A stretch of 63,301 bases of DNA, filler included, from Bigelowiella natans CCMP2755 (GCA_000320545.1; 4 parts of 4 records of this genome joined end to end with filler, not necessarily neighbours in it), one strand, 5' to 3'. Numbered from the whole stretch's first letter, positions 17,236 through 31,710 are shown. The notes: generated by a model from the sequence alone, not told the origin. Program-made: numbers and translations.

Positions 17236-20200
17236 CTAGTGAATGGTCCACACCGCAGCACTTTTTTTTTTGGTCACACTACCAACCTCGCTCTCAGATC
17301 TGTTCTGACGCACCGGTGTTTCCACATCTCCATCGTTCGCAAAGGAAAAGCCACTGCTTTCTGAGAGATGTGCCGGGGATGAATCGAAGGATGGGCTGAA
17401 GGATGAACCGCCTCCAAACTGCATACCGTTTAGAGATGCCTGTGACTTACTGTTTCGGTTGAAGTTTCGCGGCAGAGTCCGATACCTCTGTTGAAGTTGT
17501 GCCGAACTCGATGCTCGATGTAGCGTGTTCTTTTTTTTTGCTGGAGTCACCATTCCAAATTCTTCTATGAGGCTCGCTGCCGTGTTAGGTCTAATAATCG
17601 TCGAATCGGATTCTCTTTCTGAGGATATGCGGGATCGGCTTTGCGAACTGCTTCTTGAGAGACCTCTGCTGTCATACCTTCTTGAGTCGCGGCGACCTCT
17701 CAATTTCGAGCGTTCTTCTCTTTTTACTGCTCTTTGATTACTGGGAGACATGCGTGAATATGCTTGAATCCCCTCTGAAGGCCATACTCGCTGGATTTCA
17801 AAGAAGAGAGAGCGTGAACACTTGCGAACGTCGGGGTCGCCATCGCTTACGCACTTTAGCATAGATTCTATGACATCATCCTTAATATCATCCTCTTTGA
17901 TCTCTTGGGCGTCGCAATCGTTGGACAGCAAAAAAAGCATGCACTCCACACTCCTCTGAATGAAATTGAAAACCTCATCAATTTGGAAGATGTAAATGCA
18001 GTAAATGCGATATTCATCCCATTTGGGTTACCGTTGTCGAACTGGAGCATGTGCCTTTTTATAGTGACATTTCACTTTAGTCTTTCATAAACATCCGAAT
18101 ATAACTTTACGGAAATCATTACATCATCACATCCAGCGACGAGCTCTGGTAGAACATCGTACGATCGGATCTTTAGAATTTAGATAATCAAAAGAATTTG
18201 TTATGAAGTAAGGAATTCTAGACCTCTTCCTCTTTCTTTTTGGATGTATGTAATATCAACGATTTACCGTTTTGACCATGTAGTTTATGCACCCGGTCGC
18301 ACACTTTGAAACTATCTGAATAAATAGGCCATGGGTATACCATTAGCATTAGCAACCGCAGAGAAAATATTGTGTGGAAGACCTTAATTGTGACGTATAG
18401 AAGAGGAAACAAGTAGGGGATGAAAAAACGAACAAGTTCCACCCCTCTGTGTTGAAGTACATCGACGGCTTCCGCGAGGAGGCTGCAAACTTCCTTCACA
18501 ATAGCTGTTCGAAGATCCTCAAGTTGTATAGCAAGAATCTTTCTGAACACAGGCTCAATGTGGCCTGGCCATGACTTAAGATCCAGAAGGCCTTCTTGGA
18601 CCAAATCTCGAATTTTTTGGAGGGCTTCTTGGCGGTCATTCCTATTTTAATATTTTCATCAGAGTTTGTCCATTCTCAATCGATAGGTAGCTACCAATCG
18701 ATGAACATATGGCATAACTAGGAACTTACCACTCAGAATCTTTTATCTTCTTCCTATCTGAGAGGATCTTTGCCTAATTGAGAAAGGAATTTCTGACTTG
18801 GTAACTTAAGCTTTGTATTGAAAATTACCTGGGCCATAAATTCACGGTACTTGCTGCGCTTCTTTGATTCTTAGATTATATTTTTCGTAAGTGATACAGA
18901 AACATCATTAAAATTATCTCTTACCTCTTCCCCGCTTTGATTTTGTTTTAGTTTTTGACTTTGATTTGCTTCGAGATCTAGATCCGCCTCTCAAGGTATT
19001 CGCCTTAGCTCTTGACTTCATAGTTTGCCGTACCTTTACTCCACCAGCTGGAGTTGCTGTCAGAAAAGAACTTAAAAGGTTGTAGTTGACATATTTATTT
19101 GGCGGAGTAGTCTTACATCCCCATGTAGAAGATAGTTTTGACGAATCGTGATCAAGTTGCGGTGCATAGGATTTTCGTCTTTCACTTTTTGGAGTAGATG
19201 TAGATTGTGAAGTGTCGGTGGATGAGGGTCTTTCATCGTAACTTCTATCCGTGTAAAGATTTTTTCTTCCGCTGCGAGGAAAAATCAAATTAGCGGTACC
19301 AGGGAGATCACTAATCATGTACCTTTTCAGTCGCACTCTGAATTTAGTACTTTCCCTTTGCATTGAGCCACGCATATCCTCGGCACTTCGAATTTGCATT
19401 CGTCGTTCATGTTCTGAGATCCTTCCGCTTACACTGCGGGCGCGGGGAGTGAAGTACTTTGCTGTATTTCCTTGCTTTGTCACGTATGTTGAACCCCTTC
19501 GTAGAAGACCTTTTTTCAGACTTCCCGCTGGAACGTGATGCAAAGATTTTTTTGACGTGGAGGTTGCTTCTGAAGCATCATCATCAATATCGGATTCATT
19601 TAAGGAAAGATCCTCTAATTTAGCGAGAGCTTTGTTGATCTCAGATTGTGATTGAAGCTCAGATGTGGACGATTCTAGTCCGGTTGCGGATGCTACTGAC
19701 ATGTCATCACTTCCACGATAGCCCTTCAACTCACGTCTTAATGTGTCTATTTTTCGCTGCATGCCTTCCATCTTACTTTGAGACGACAAGACCATCTCAT
19801 GCATAGCCTGCATAGTACTTCATCAGCGACACAATTAAATTACATCCTATCTAGTTCCCATACCCGGTGCATGACACCATCTTTTGTAGCTTTCGCCACT
19901 ACGCTTTCTAAATCTGCAATTTTATCCTGATCTGTCATCTATGAAAATGGTTCATTATTCAGTAATTTGAAATTAATTGTCTTCGTTGAGCTACCTGTTG
20001 ACGCTTCAATTGGGATATTTCTTCATTTAGTCTATCTATTTCGGTGTTATGCCTTCCTTCAATGTTCATCAACTCCTGTTTTGTTTCCACGAGTTTTGCT
20101 TCTAGCTGTCCGACCTCAAGTTCTTTCTCCCTGATCTGTGTCTTCATGGCTATTATTTCTTCATCCGATGCTGATTTTCCTGTCTCAACTTTTGCTGCCT

Positions 20201-20384
20201 CCCCGGCTTCATTTTCCGACTTCTTCCCTGGAGAGTTGTCGAACTTATCTCCATTCATAACGAGCTCCCGATATGCATCAAGTTGGTCTTGCAATAACTT
20301 TTCCGAATTCTTTAGTTGTGTGTTCTGGGCCCGGAGAGTCATTATTTCGAGTTGGGCCATCTTCAACCTCTTCGCTTCCGACAT
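17236..20384 (-). CDS. Coiled-coil + CLASP N-terminal (TOG-like HEAT) domain protein, multi-exon
   Basis: N-terminal coiled coil (19959-20384), S/K/R-rich linker, LEDLRTAIVKEVCSLL and CVSDGDPDVRKCSRSLF resemble CLASP TOG-like HEAT motifs. Short AT-rich introns. 3' end approximate. Confidence 0.7.
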
Positions 20385-20958
20385 CGTAACTTATTCGAAT
20401 TTCCAAGTTAGCCTGACACAGACACAGACAATACCTTAACTTGAGGCACAACATTATTATCAATTACATATAGAAATCGCGAGCGGACAAATCTGAATTC
20501 GTCCAAAAGGAGCAAAGGAATGGGCGGGGTGGCCAAACCGGCGCGTAGTTTTCAGATTTATAACGAGAGAAAGCAGAAGAGAAAACTGCAAGAATGCCAT
20601 CTGGACAGTGAAAGCGACAAAGAAAAATAGCCGTTTTCTCGACAATAATGTCGGAACGAGGAAGCATTGCTCTCTGCCACCAGCTCACTCCGAGTTGTCT
20701 TTTGATTTTCGCGCGGGAATACTGTCTTGAGGGATAAAACGACTGGGATTCGGTTCTGAAGTACGATGAAGCACCAACACACCCGCGAGGGCATTTCGAT
20801 GGTATGACTTCGATATTTTCTAGGCGTAGGTATTTAAGGCATAGGGTTTTTCGAATTCGGCTATTTTTTTTCAATTTGTGCTGCCAAAACGAGCGCTGGG
20901 ATTCCCGTAACCAGTCCGGGATTTGCTGGGATTGCGGTGACTCGCAAAATTCACCAAA
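20385..20958. promoter_or_regulatory. Putative bidirectional promoter between the divergent CLASP-like and PH-RCC1-FYVE genes
   Basis: ~570-bp head-to-head gap between start codons at 20384 (-) and 20959 (+); TA is retained here. Confidence 0.5.
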
Positions 20959-23900
20959 ATGAGTCTTCGGGCACTGGGTAACCCTCCATGGCGAAACACG
21001 TTCGCGGCACATGAGCCTGTGCTGAGTGTGACAGTGTGTTCCACACGCGTTTGGATTTGTTGCAGGCCACGAAGAGTTCGAGCTGTACAAGATGCTTCAG
21101 TCTTGTATGGTATACACGGACCTACTGAAGTTTGGCCACATTGGAAGGCCAGTGATGCTATCTAATTTAACATTGGGAAATTCAGCAAACAAACATGCTT
21201 GGCATGACAGTAAATAGCAGTAGGTGTGGAGGTGATCGGATAAAGTTGTTTTATCGATGAAATTTAGGCCTAAATGGCGGAAGTTTCGTTTGACTTTCGA
21301 TCTTAACTACATTGAATGGGAGTCCAAAGATAGAAGGAAAGACACAAAAGTAGCAATTGCTGCGGTGGAGAAAATTTCATTTGGACAGGTACTTCCTGTG
21401 GAATGTGAGTGTATAGTTCTAACTTCTCGCCACAGAAATCAGATAAGTTTATGCGCTTGAGCCGTACGGATGTCAGTGCACGGAGTTTCAGCTTATGGTA
21501 CACAAAGGACAATAGAAAGGATACTCTTGACTTGGTATTTGCAAAAAGTCTTTCTAATATATAAGCACCTCATTTATAGGTGTATGCAATATAATGTAGG
21601 TGTGCGGCACAGATCAACAGTTTAAAATGTGGACCACTGTCATTTCAGCTCTTGTAGAGGGAACATTGAGCAAAAAGCTTATGGATATTATTCTCTCAAA
21701 CCATGTATATTACAATTAGATTCCGGGAATAAGATTCTTTTGACAAATCACTTTAACTCACAGAAAGAAGGAACAGAGGCGAACGAAACAGTACTAATAT
21801 TAAATTCTTCATGATCTACTTTCTACAAAATCATTATTGATTGTGAAAGGATAAAGTGAAGTCGAAAATGTCAAAGTACTCTCAAGGTCATATAGTCTAT
21901 GATGAACATTCCGACCCTTCCGATTGATACGATTGTTCTTTTTCACTTTTTCACAGCACTCGAAGGCTTAAATGTTGTTTACCGGTGTGGATCGAATAAA
22001 TGGGGCCAACTGGGGGGCGAAAAAAAGGATCAAAAAACGATGACTCTTCTTCATATCAGCGTAGATGAGTTACAAAATAATAGAGGATCTTCGACATTTA
22101 AAATTATCATTATTTTAGGGTGAGAACGATGTGATCCAGGTTGTCGGAGGGTGGTCTCATACGCTACTTCTAATGTCCAATGGCCGTCTCTTTATTATGG
22201 GGTACATCTCATCAAATTAACAAATATTTAAATTTAATTTCTCAAGTAATTTCATTGCGATATAGGAGAAAGGTGGGCACAGGATTGGAAGAGGACACAT
22301 CGAATTCTGTCGAAGTAAAGATGCCCCTAGTAATGCAAAGAATTATATTCTTATCATATGCTATTCGTTAACAATTAATGTCCACCCGTCAGAATAGCAA
22401 TATAAACTCGATTGACTCTGGACGGGCACATAATATAATGCTTACTGATAATGGAAAGGTTATGATGAACCAATTGTTGGATAAAGCAACAAATTTGAAG
22501 TACCGCATAGGTGTATGCATGGGGATCAAACATCTTTGGGCAGCTGGGGCTTGGAGATATAGTTCCGAGGAAGGAGCCTATTCTGCTAGAAAATGTCAGT
22601 GTTCCTTTGTGAAGTGACAAATAAGCTGAAGAAAATCATCCTTAGGTCGGCGATTTGAAGGAGAAAATGGTTATACATGAAATCGCATGTGGTGCTGATT
22701 TTACCGCGGCTATATCGGACAACGGCGTCTTTACTTGGGGTTGTGGAAAGAAAGGCATGACATAATAGAAATATCATAAGAAGCCCCGATTCTGAGCCTT
22801 GAATTTTACAGGCTCTTTAGGCCATGGCGACGAAAAAGATCATTATGCTCCCAAGCGAGTGAAAAACTTAAATAGTGAGATGTCCGGAATAGCATGTGGT
22901 GCCCATCACATGCTAGTATGGACACGTGACGAGGTCGCCTATTCATGGGGGTTGAATGGTCAGTTACATTCTGCAGCAGTAGAACCATAAACCATAAATT
23001 CTCTCCGAGATACCGAATAATACTCACTTTTGCACATAGATTCCGGACAGCTTGGGCTAGGTCATCATGATACCGCTTTTGTCCCAACAGTTCTGTTAAG
23101 TCTAAGCAGAACAGTACAGATCATCAGCGCGGCGTGCGGAGCTGCTCACACTCTCGGTGTTTGCTATACTGTAATCTTGTAGCTTTGAATGATGGTCTCA
23201 AGTGATATTGTGCGCTTGGTAATTTGATTCAGTTACGACGTTTGACAAACTTAGTAGTGGCTCGAAAACATGGGCATTTGGCTCTAATTGTCAAGGGCAG
23301 GTTTTCAATTTTGTTAATAGTATGTTAGATTCTAATGAAAAGCTGCACAAGATTGAGTAGGGAAATTGATTTCAGATCGCTCTTGAAAATACCGGCCCGG
23401 CTGCTTGCTACCTAGAGCCCACAATAGTCCCGTCACTAACGGGAGGACTTGCAATTCAAGAGGTTTCGAAAAGCTGCGCTCAACCCCCCATGAATTAAAT
23501 ATATATTTATTGTTTATTGTTGAGTTATCTGCTGTAGGTTGCTTGCGGGAGCGTGCATTCTTTAGCAAGATCAGATAGAGGGGACGTGTTTGCATCTGGT
23601 TCCAATATCTGCGGACAATTGGTCTCCCCTCATTTTGCATCATTGTATTACAAGCTTATTCTTGATAAATATAGGGGATCGATACGAGGTCTAAGTTGTT
23701 CATCAATCGTTTCACGATAGTCCCAATTTTGAAGGGGAAATCTGTGCGCGCAATTGCATGCAACGGCATGCAGTCCTATGTGATGTGTCCAAAGAAGTGG
23801 TTGAAGGTACGTAATTGCGTTTAATAGCAGGCCTCCGTCCATATTTATTTTGTTAGAAGCAAGTAAAAACCGCTAAGCAACAATAATTTGAAACTATTAG

Positions 23901-24182
23901 GACGAGGACGTACTTGAATGCATGAGTTGTGGCCTGGGATTTAGCTTTCTGCGGCGAAGGCATCATTGTAGAAACTGCTGTGGCATTTTCTGCAACGAAT
24001 GTTCCTCAAATAAAATTGTTCTTCTTTCCCTAAAGCTAAGCACTCCACAAAGGGTTTGTGAGGCTTGCTATTCTCAATTAAAGGCAGCAAATGAAGCTGC
24101 TGCGCCTCCTAAGAGCCCTCAATCTGAAAAAGACATGGAAGAGCTGTCTATTAATTTTGTCATAGCAAAACCTGCGAGCTAG
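20959..24182 (+). CDS. PH + RCC1 repeats + FYVE zinc finger protein (PRAF/RLD-like architecture)
   Basis: LLKFGHIG..PKWRKFRLTFDLNYIEWES (PH N-terminus); RCC1 repeats GSNKWGQLG, VVGGWSHT, DSGRAHN, GSLGHGD, IACGAHH; FYVE CMSCGLGFSFLRRRHHCRNCCGIFCNECS...RVCEAC; stop at 24182. Confidence 0.88.
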
Positions 24183-24239
24183 TGTCGTAAATCATTTTAG
24201 TCATGGGACAACGTGTGACTTATAATAAAAAAAAACATA

Positions 24240-25100
24240 CTAGCATACTAGCATAGTTTTGAGGTTCACGATTGATCAACGATATAGCGCTGCTGATTTG
24301 CAAATGGTAGTGAGAGCGTTGCTGACGCCAAAATTAAGCGCATTGGTTGGATTCTAGGATTCTGCGATCATTGATCCGAACCGCCACGCAAGCTACACAT
24401 AGACATGTTTGCATGCCATCGTGTAGCAATTGCATGACAGCACTTAGACATGTTGTTCGAGGATGTGTAGCACGATAGCACGGCTAGACATTTAGCCTGC
24501 ACTGCTAGACTGTGCAGATCTCCTTGATAATTTACCGGCTCTAGCTAGCTAGGGCTGCAAAATGAGAGACTGCTAGACTGCTAGACTGTTGCATGTTTCC
24601 CCCTTTTCATCGACGAGACACCGCAGCAATGCCTTCGACACAGCTAGACAGCAGCTAGCTCTAGAGCTTGCAGAGCGACCGATCACATCCTCCTGTGCTA
24701 GTGTGGCACTGTGGACTGCACATGCCAGCATGGCTAGATCATGATGACACATGCTAGCATGACTCTCATGAAGCGAATAGGCTTAGATGATCTGCGAAAT
24801 CAAATGACATTATTATTCATGCAACATGCGTCTTAGAGTCTGGCTGGCTGGCCTCATCTAGACGTGCAATCGCACAAGTCTAGAAGTCTAACGATGGATC
24901 GGAGGCATTCTTTCAAGACACGTTGCAATGCATGACACTACCCAGCCGAAAGCCAATGAGCAGTACAAAAACAATGCACGTAGCTCATGTTCCAATTAAG
25001 TGATCGAAATATCGTCTTTAGTCGTTCTGATGTCAACTCTATGGATTCTGGCCAGCTAGTATGTGCTCTCGGTGCTCGTGCGCCCAGAAGCGTTGAGCAT
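24240..25100. other. TpA-depleted, CTAG-rich intergenic tract between convergent genes
   Basis: The core ~24540-24775 has TA essentially only as CTAG (gctctagctagctagg, gctagactgctagac); the flanks are enriched in TAG/CTA. Confidence 0.85.
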
Positions 25101-25224
25101 CAATCATGATCGATATTATCAATCCTCCCTTTTAATTGTTACATCATAAAAACAAACAAACAAATAAATTCAAACGATGCCTTTACAGGCGTTCATGCGT
25201 GCGCATGTGCACATTCTACTTCTT

Positions 25225-25934
25225 TCTACACACGCAAACTTGCCTGTTGCGAAGATATGAGGTCCTTCAGCTCTATCTTCCCAGCATCCTTCGGGCGCGT
25301 CTGGAAGGGGAGAAAAAAGGCATGCGGTTGATGATACTGGTGCTCAGGACTAGAAGCTACATCAGAGAGCTCAAAAATAGTGGTAAGAGGGAGTGCGCCA
25401 CTAGGTGAGTGGGAGGGGGGCGGGGGAAAAGGGGCACAGGACAGACTTAGATTCGATGCACTTTTTTACAGAAGAATAAGTGAAATATGATGGAAGACAT
25501 ATCGCCTCACGTACCATATCAAATATCTCCTGGACGTTACCAGCCTTCTTCTCGATAAACCTCTTGCCATGGTCGCGTATCCTATCCATCACACTTGTTT
25601 CGTAGAAAGAAAGAGGAGAAAAGGGGGCGGGAGGGGGGGGAGGGAGAAAGAAAAGGAGATAATGTATATTATTTATTAGCACATGCGGACATGTAACTCA
25701 AAGCTCTATCGCTCTCTCTCTCGCTCTCTCTCTCTCTATCTCCCTTATAATTATACATTATGTATATCTTATGGTTTGATGACCGACATGTATTTCCGTC
25801 ATTGCTGGAAAATCCCCTCCCTAGCCCCTTCCTCCCCCCATCCCAGCCTAGTACCTGTCCATGAGGCCTCGGATATGAAACCGTGCGAGGAAACCAAAGC
25901 GCTCAATATCCAGCACGCGCCACATGTATCTGAC

Positions 25935-25976
<42 letters not shown>

Positions 25977-25980
25977 GATA

Positions 25981-26019
<39 letters not shown>

Positions 26020-26060
26020 CATCGTATACGAACAGCTAGCATCAATCTAAAGCAGAGCTT
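25225..26060 (-). CDS. PP2A B'' regulatory subunit-like (PPP2R3C/TON2-type) C-terminal exons; upstream part lost in the gap
   Basis: YMWRVLDIERFGFLARFHI, NVQEIFDM and TRPKDAGKIELKDLISS resemble the Y.F..LD...GYL / DEIFDMVKP....ITL.DL pattern of this family. Confidence 0.55.
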
Positions 26061-26184
26061 CCGAGTCAGTGATTGACCCATCATCATCATTACCGCATTC
26101 CTTTCTATCGTGTGTAGGGTGGCTTATAGCGACAGCAAATTCTTCACGATTGGGGACGTCCGAAGCATGAGGCGAGGGGGGGGG

Positions 26185-26284
26185 NNNNNNNNNNNNNNNN
26201 NNNNNNNNNNNNNNNNNNNNNNNNNNNNTTAATTAATTAANNNNNNNNNNNNNNNNNNNNNNNNNNNNNNNNNNNNNNNNNNNN
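26185..26284. other. Scaffold gap with artificial linker (44 N + TTAATTAATTAA + 44 N)
   Basis: The same 100-bp construct occurs three times; the linker gives stops in all six frames. Confidence 0.97.
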
Positions 26285-26335
26285 CCCCCCCCCCCCCCCC
26301 CCCCTCTCTCCTCTTCCCCACGAAACTAGAGCAGC

Positions 26336-26978
26336 GTGTCTTATTCGGAGAGAAATTGCAGTGTGAGCGTTGTGTCGCCCCACAACCACAGAGCAGAGCG
26401 AGATGGCATGGTGTTTTCAATGTTCTCCAGAAAAGGCGAATGTCATCACGATCTCTTTGCCTTTCGATTAGGAGGGAACAGAGCGTTCTTAAACTGCTCA
26501 GGCACTGCCGTCGGCCCAACGATCGTGTTAGACCAAGATATGGTAGGAAGATCTCTAGCAGCACTGATGAATCCAACCGAGAGTACGGCGCACCTCTCAC
26601 GTTAAAGGATGTTTTGGGGATAAAATCAGGTTGATTTGGGCGACGTCGAGTTTGGCAAGACGAGCCGCGCCTTCATAACTCTTAGAAACGAATCGAGGGT
26701 AGTAAGTAGTGGCAGCACATAAAAGCACCATCGAGCCGATAGAAAGGCCTATTTACTCCAAGCATGCACGCACGACGACACAGATATGACCAACGGACGC
26801 TATTAGATGCGCTCCGCGAGTAGTACGGAGAAAACGACGTTTGGAAAGAGAATAATCGCTCATTCAATTCTCTAGGTTCCAGCCGAATATCACCTGCAGA
26901 ACACGAATGGGTCTTTTCGATTTGACAAGCCTTCAGGTACGTTCTCGCCAACGCAGTCCTCCTAATCGTCGCACCCTC

Positions 26979-27021
<43 letters not shown>

Positions 27022-30000
27022 AGGCGTGGTTCCTGCTCTATTGACGGTTACGATTCGGATAACATTTGCTCCGAAGACGTAAGAGCTAATCCGTTAATTT
27101 GCCAGCGCCCTTGCAATGCCGATGCAAATTCTGTTCGCGCGCGTTTTTATTTAAGATGTTGTCTGTTGCCAGATCCATCAACTTCTACCAGCGCGTCTTC
27201 ATTCTCATCAAGAACGCGAAGCCGCTGTTCCTCGACCTGGTGAGATCGTCTATTTTCCGCTATTCGTCTATTTTCCGCTATTGCCAATATGCGTTGTGTG
27301 CAAACGTGATGAGCATAATCGGAGAGGGTTGCTGCTTTTGTATTGGATTGCATACTCACCCCTCCCTCCCCTACCCCCACTTTCTCCTCTCCTCAACTTC
27401 CATCGCGTGCAGATGGGAACGTGCTTCGGATCGAGCCGCCGTCCGCGTCCACTAAATCCAGTGCACGTGCAAAACTACAACAAGCGTGTTTCTTTGGGCC
27501 TCCGGCTGACAAACCCTCAATTGGTGTGTGTGCGAGAGAGAGTGTGTGCGATTTACACGGAAAGAAACAGGAAACAACAACACATGAGACGCATTATGTG
27601 CTGCTGCTGCCTTTTCGCAGGTGGACGCCGAATGGGAGAAGGGCTCAATATTGGAGATCGATGAGCTTCCCAATTACCAGCAATACTTCCTACAAAACGA
27701 CGACCCAGAAGACGAGGCCTACTTCAGCACGGATTTCCTCAATTTCGGAGGTTTGAACATGGGCTGAAAGGGAAGGGGGGCGAAGGGGGGGGGGGAGGGG
27801 AGATCGAGGAAAGGGCACCGTGTGGGGGAATGTGTTGGAAAGTAAATATTAAAAAAAGAAAGTCCAATCAAACGCCGAAAACCGTCTTGAATGTTGTGGC
27901 CGTCGTGAAATGTTCCCTTTAGTAATGACTCACCCGAGAGATTTGTCTCCTTACAACCACAGCCTGCTCCACGCTTCGGCCGTCTGGATACAAAATCGTC
28001 ACAGTCACAAATAGGACGCATCGAAAGCTACTTGCGGTGCGTCATCATGCGAAATCAAAAACAACCCCCCCTCCCCCCTCACCCCCGTGGCCAAGGAAAC
28101 ACGATGAAGACAACTCTGAACACCTGAGTGAAATTGACCTCTGCCAAAGCCGTTTATTCAACAACCAAAAATGCCATTTTCAAAGGTGTGGGACCTTGCA
28201 AACTACCACGGAACCGAGCCCGCGGAAGGGGCGAAGGTATAGTTGACCCGTGCACGTTGTTGTTTTACGTCATTTGTCCTTGATTGCTTGGCGTGCGGTC
28301 TCGGCGTCGCTGTTGTTGTGTTTGTGCCGAACGCCGAGGAATCGACTGGATTTCCAGCTTGTTTCTTTTGATGGGTTTTTTAAGTCGGGGTGACTACCAC
28401 TTACGCTGTTGCACTGTGCGAGGAAGCGGTTTGCAGCTTCTCTCGCTTTTCAAGGCACCGTTGTCCTTTTGTGCTTGTTCTGCGCCATCTTTCTTCTCTT
28501 CTCTTATCATGGTTTTTTATCATCACGTCCCCCCCCCCTCCTCCCCATGTAGATTTCACCGTTTGTGGTGTTCCCCAACGAGGCTGATATTCCGGCCGGG
28601 CGCTCCGTAGACTTCAAAGTAATCCTTACGTTTCTCTCGGCGCAGGAGCAAAGCGAACGATTGTTTTCTTTCCCTTTCCCGGGCGGACGCGCTCACGCAC
28701 GCGCAGACGCACAGCCGCAAGCAAACAAATAGCCAACTAAAATGCTCGAAACTTGACACACACACACACAAAAGGTTGGATTCCGACCGCGCCTCGACGG
28801 GGAGTACTACTCCGGGACCTTGGCGTGCTACTGTTTCCCCAAATCTCAGCGCAACTTCCGTCTCGTTGAATCGGCAAATCTCCTCCCCCCCCTCTGCCTC
28901 CGGTGAAGTATTTACCCAAATACACGCACGCACGCACGCACACATTCACGCCGCCGCAGCTATCACCAGCATGCATCGCTTTTCCTTTCCGCTCTCATAC
29001 GCACGGTTGCTTTCTCTGCTGTAGCGTGGCCGCACGTGCGACCACTGCCCGAGAAAGAGATTCTAAACCGCCTCTCTGCTGTGTTTCCTTAGAGCGCGAG
29101 CTGTTGGCCACACCTTCTCCGACGGACAAATCCACTTCTTGCCAAAGCATGTTCTATCATCACCGGGCTTAATCTTCCCCTCGTGTGTGGTTGGAAGTCG
29201 CGTATGCCTCACGCTGTCGCTCAGGTGCGCGTTATGTGGGAAAACGACTTGGAGAAAATGGCGGACGGCGGGGGTGGGGGGATGGGGGGGGGGAGTGGGT
29301 CTTCGGAAATGATTCGTGAGAATAGCCGGTGTAGGCGGAACAAAAACCTATTCGATTTTTCTTTGCCTTTTTCATTTTTACGGTTTATTTTTCACTCCTC
29401 TTCCCATTCCTCCTCCTCCTCCTCCTCCTCCTCCTCCTCCTCCTCCTCCTCTTCTCCCAACATAACAGAAATGACGCATCGACTCCGCTTCTATTCTACT
29501 TCCCTGAAGACAAAGATCCGAGCCGCGTTTTCCGTGTTAAACCACGAGCCGGAAAGATCCCACAGAAATCGATCCAGCTTATCTCATTCGAATTCTCACC
29601 CACGGCAGGGGAAAGGTGCGTTTGTTTGTTGGTTTGCTTGTTTGTACGTGTAGCGGATTGTGCTACCAAAACAAAAACAGCGAGCAACATCATTGATGCA
29701 GTCGCTTTTGGTATATTCTCATGGTTGTGATATTTCCTTTCTCCCTCTCCCCCCTTCCCCCCCCCTCTCTTGAAAGGTACTCGAATACATTCACCTGCAT
29801 GCTGAACTATTCGAAACCGCTGTCAATTCCGGTTCTAGGCCATGGCCAGAACGCAAAGGTGTGCTGCTTTGCCCCCCCCCCCCCCCCCTCCCCTCCCTAT
29901 CGATGTGGCTCCGTGCAGCGGGGAAAGAACAACTGAGCGTTCTGATAGTAACCCTGTGTGAAACCGCCCTTTAGATCCGCCTTGTTAAGTACGCGGCCGA

Positions 30001-30383
30001 CTTGCTTCCAACGAAGAAGCAGCTTGCCAAACCGACCAAGAGCGAGACGGTGCTTACAAAGGCAGCTTGCCCTAGAGGAGAGGAGAGAGCGCAAATGAAA
30101 AAGAAACTTAAACTGAATATCTACGCGCTGCGCCCCACCTACACCTACACCTACACACACACACACGTAACACTTGCTAATATTTATGCCCCATCCACCC
30201 CCCCGCCCCCCCTCCCCCCCCGCCGCCCCCAGACGTTGTTCTTCAAGCCAACCAGCCGCGGCACATGCGCTCGGAATCAAATCACGCTCGTGAATCTCTC
30301 TCGATGCGACACGGCATATTCTTGGTTCGTCGATTTATCAACGCCATCGGGGAAAACAGAAAGGGGAATGCCGGCGAGCAAAC

Positions 30384-30431
<48 letters not shown>

Positions 30432-30918
30432 GGGGGGAGAGAATGGGAGAGGGAGAGAAGAGGACACCGTCACTCTACTAAAACAAGTGAAATTGCCGTC
30501 GCAACCTCAACCCAGAAGCCTGATGCGTGCAATGTTATATTATATCCGCGCAAAAAAACAGGGAGATCCCGGAGAATTACGCTGGCGTCGTAAAGGTCCA
30601 TCCGTCTACTGGAGTGCTACGAGGTAGGCTAATCTATCACATACAGCATGCGATTGATTAACACCAGGATTTGTCTGCCAATCCGGGGCTTGCAGTGTAG
30701 AACTAGACAAATATCATTGTTGGAATAATATCGGTACTGCCCGCTGCGACGCGCCATTCAGGCAACGAGAAGAAGCTGCTCACTTGGACCTTCACGCCGC
30801 GCTCGCTGAAGCATTATTCCATACCCGCGAACTGCTCGTGCCATTTGGTGCGTAATCACCCGAACGATAATTGAGTAAATTGATATGGGGATATTAAATG
30901 AATCTAAAAAAATAAATA

Positions 30919-30958
<40 letters not shown>

Positions 30959-31388
30959 AATCCATCTCCACGACCGGTTTTAGGTGTCCTCAGGCATCAC
31001 CCGAGAGAAGCTTTACCGCATGGCTCTTGCAAAAGCGAATAAGACTAACAGGTTCTGCATGTCTCCCTGACGATTTTTCGCCAAAACCCTGCTTCTGAGG
31101 ATTGAAGGCTGGCTCGTATGGCCTCTTTCTCTCTTCCCAACATCTCATTGAATGTCATATTTGCCACCTCCAGGTCGAAGTCGTTCCTCAAAAATTGTTA
31201 TTCCTATGCATACTATCTATAAAACAAACCGCGTTGCGCTGGAAGATATATTTGGGTGATTCTCTCGATAACATAACATGCTCACACTCCTGGGATGGCT
31301 GTGCTTAGATGCCTGCTTAATGCCCCGAAAAGAGGCTATATAACGCTCAGCAACTCCGCGCACTGCACGGTTACCTGCAAAACACACA

Positions 31389-31425
<37 letters not shown>

Positions 31426-31676
31426 GCACATAACGGCGCGCGCGCAGGAAGAAATTGAAAGAGAGAGACGAGAGGAGGAAGGGGGGAGGAGAAGAGGCAG
31501 AGAAGCGTGCACTTATGAACCTGCTGCAATGTTACTGATACAGGTTGATTATAAGTTGACCTTTCAAGAAATGCTGCCAAAACCGCGCTTTGTTCCACCG
31601 AAATTCTTCGCCCAAATTTGTGCCCCGTCCGAGATCCCGGACTACCAGAAAAATGGAGGCTTTCTGGGAGCAAAGA

Positions 31677-31710
<34 letters not shown>

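Noticed and set aside
26229-26240. TTAATTAATTAA palindrome repeated three times
   Set aside because: Always centred in 44+44 N; an artificial scaffolding linker. Adjacency across these gaps is therefore uncertain.
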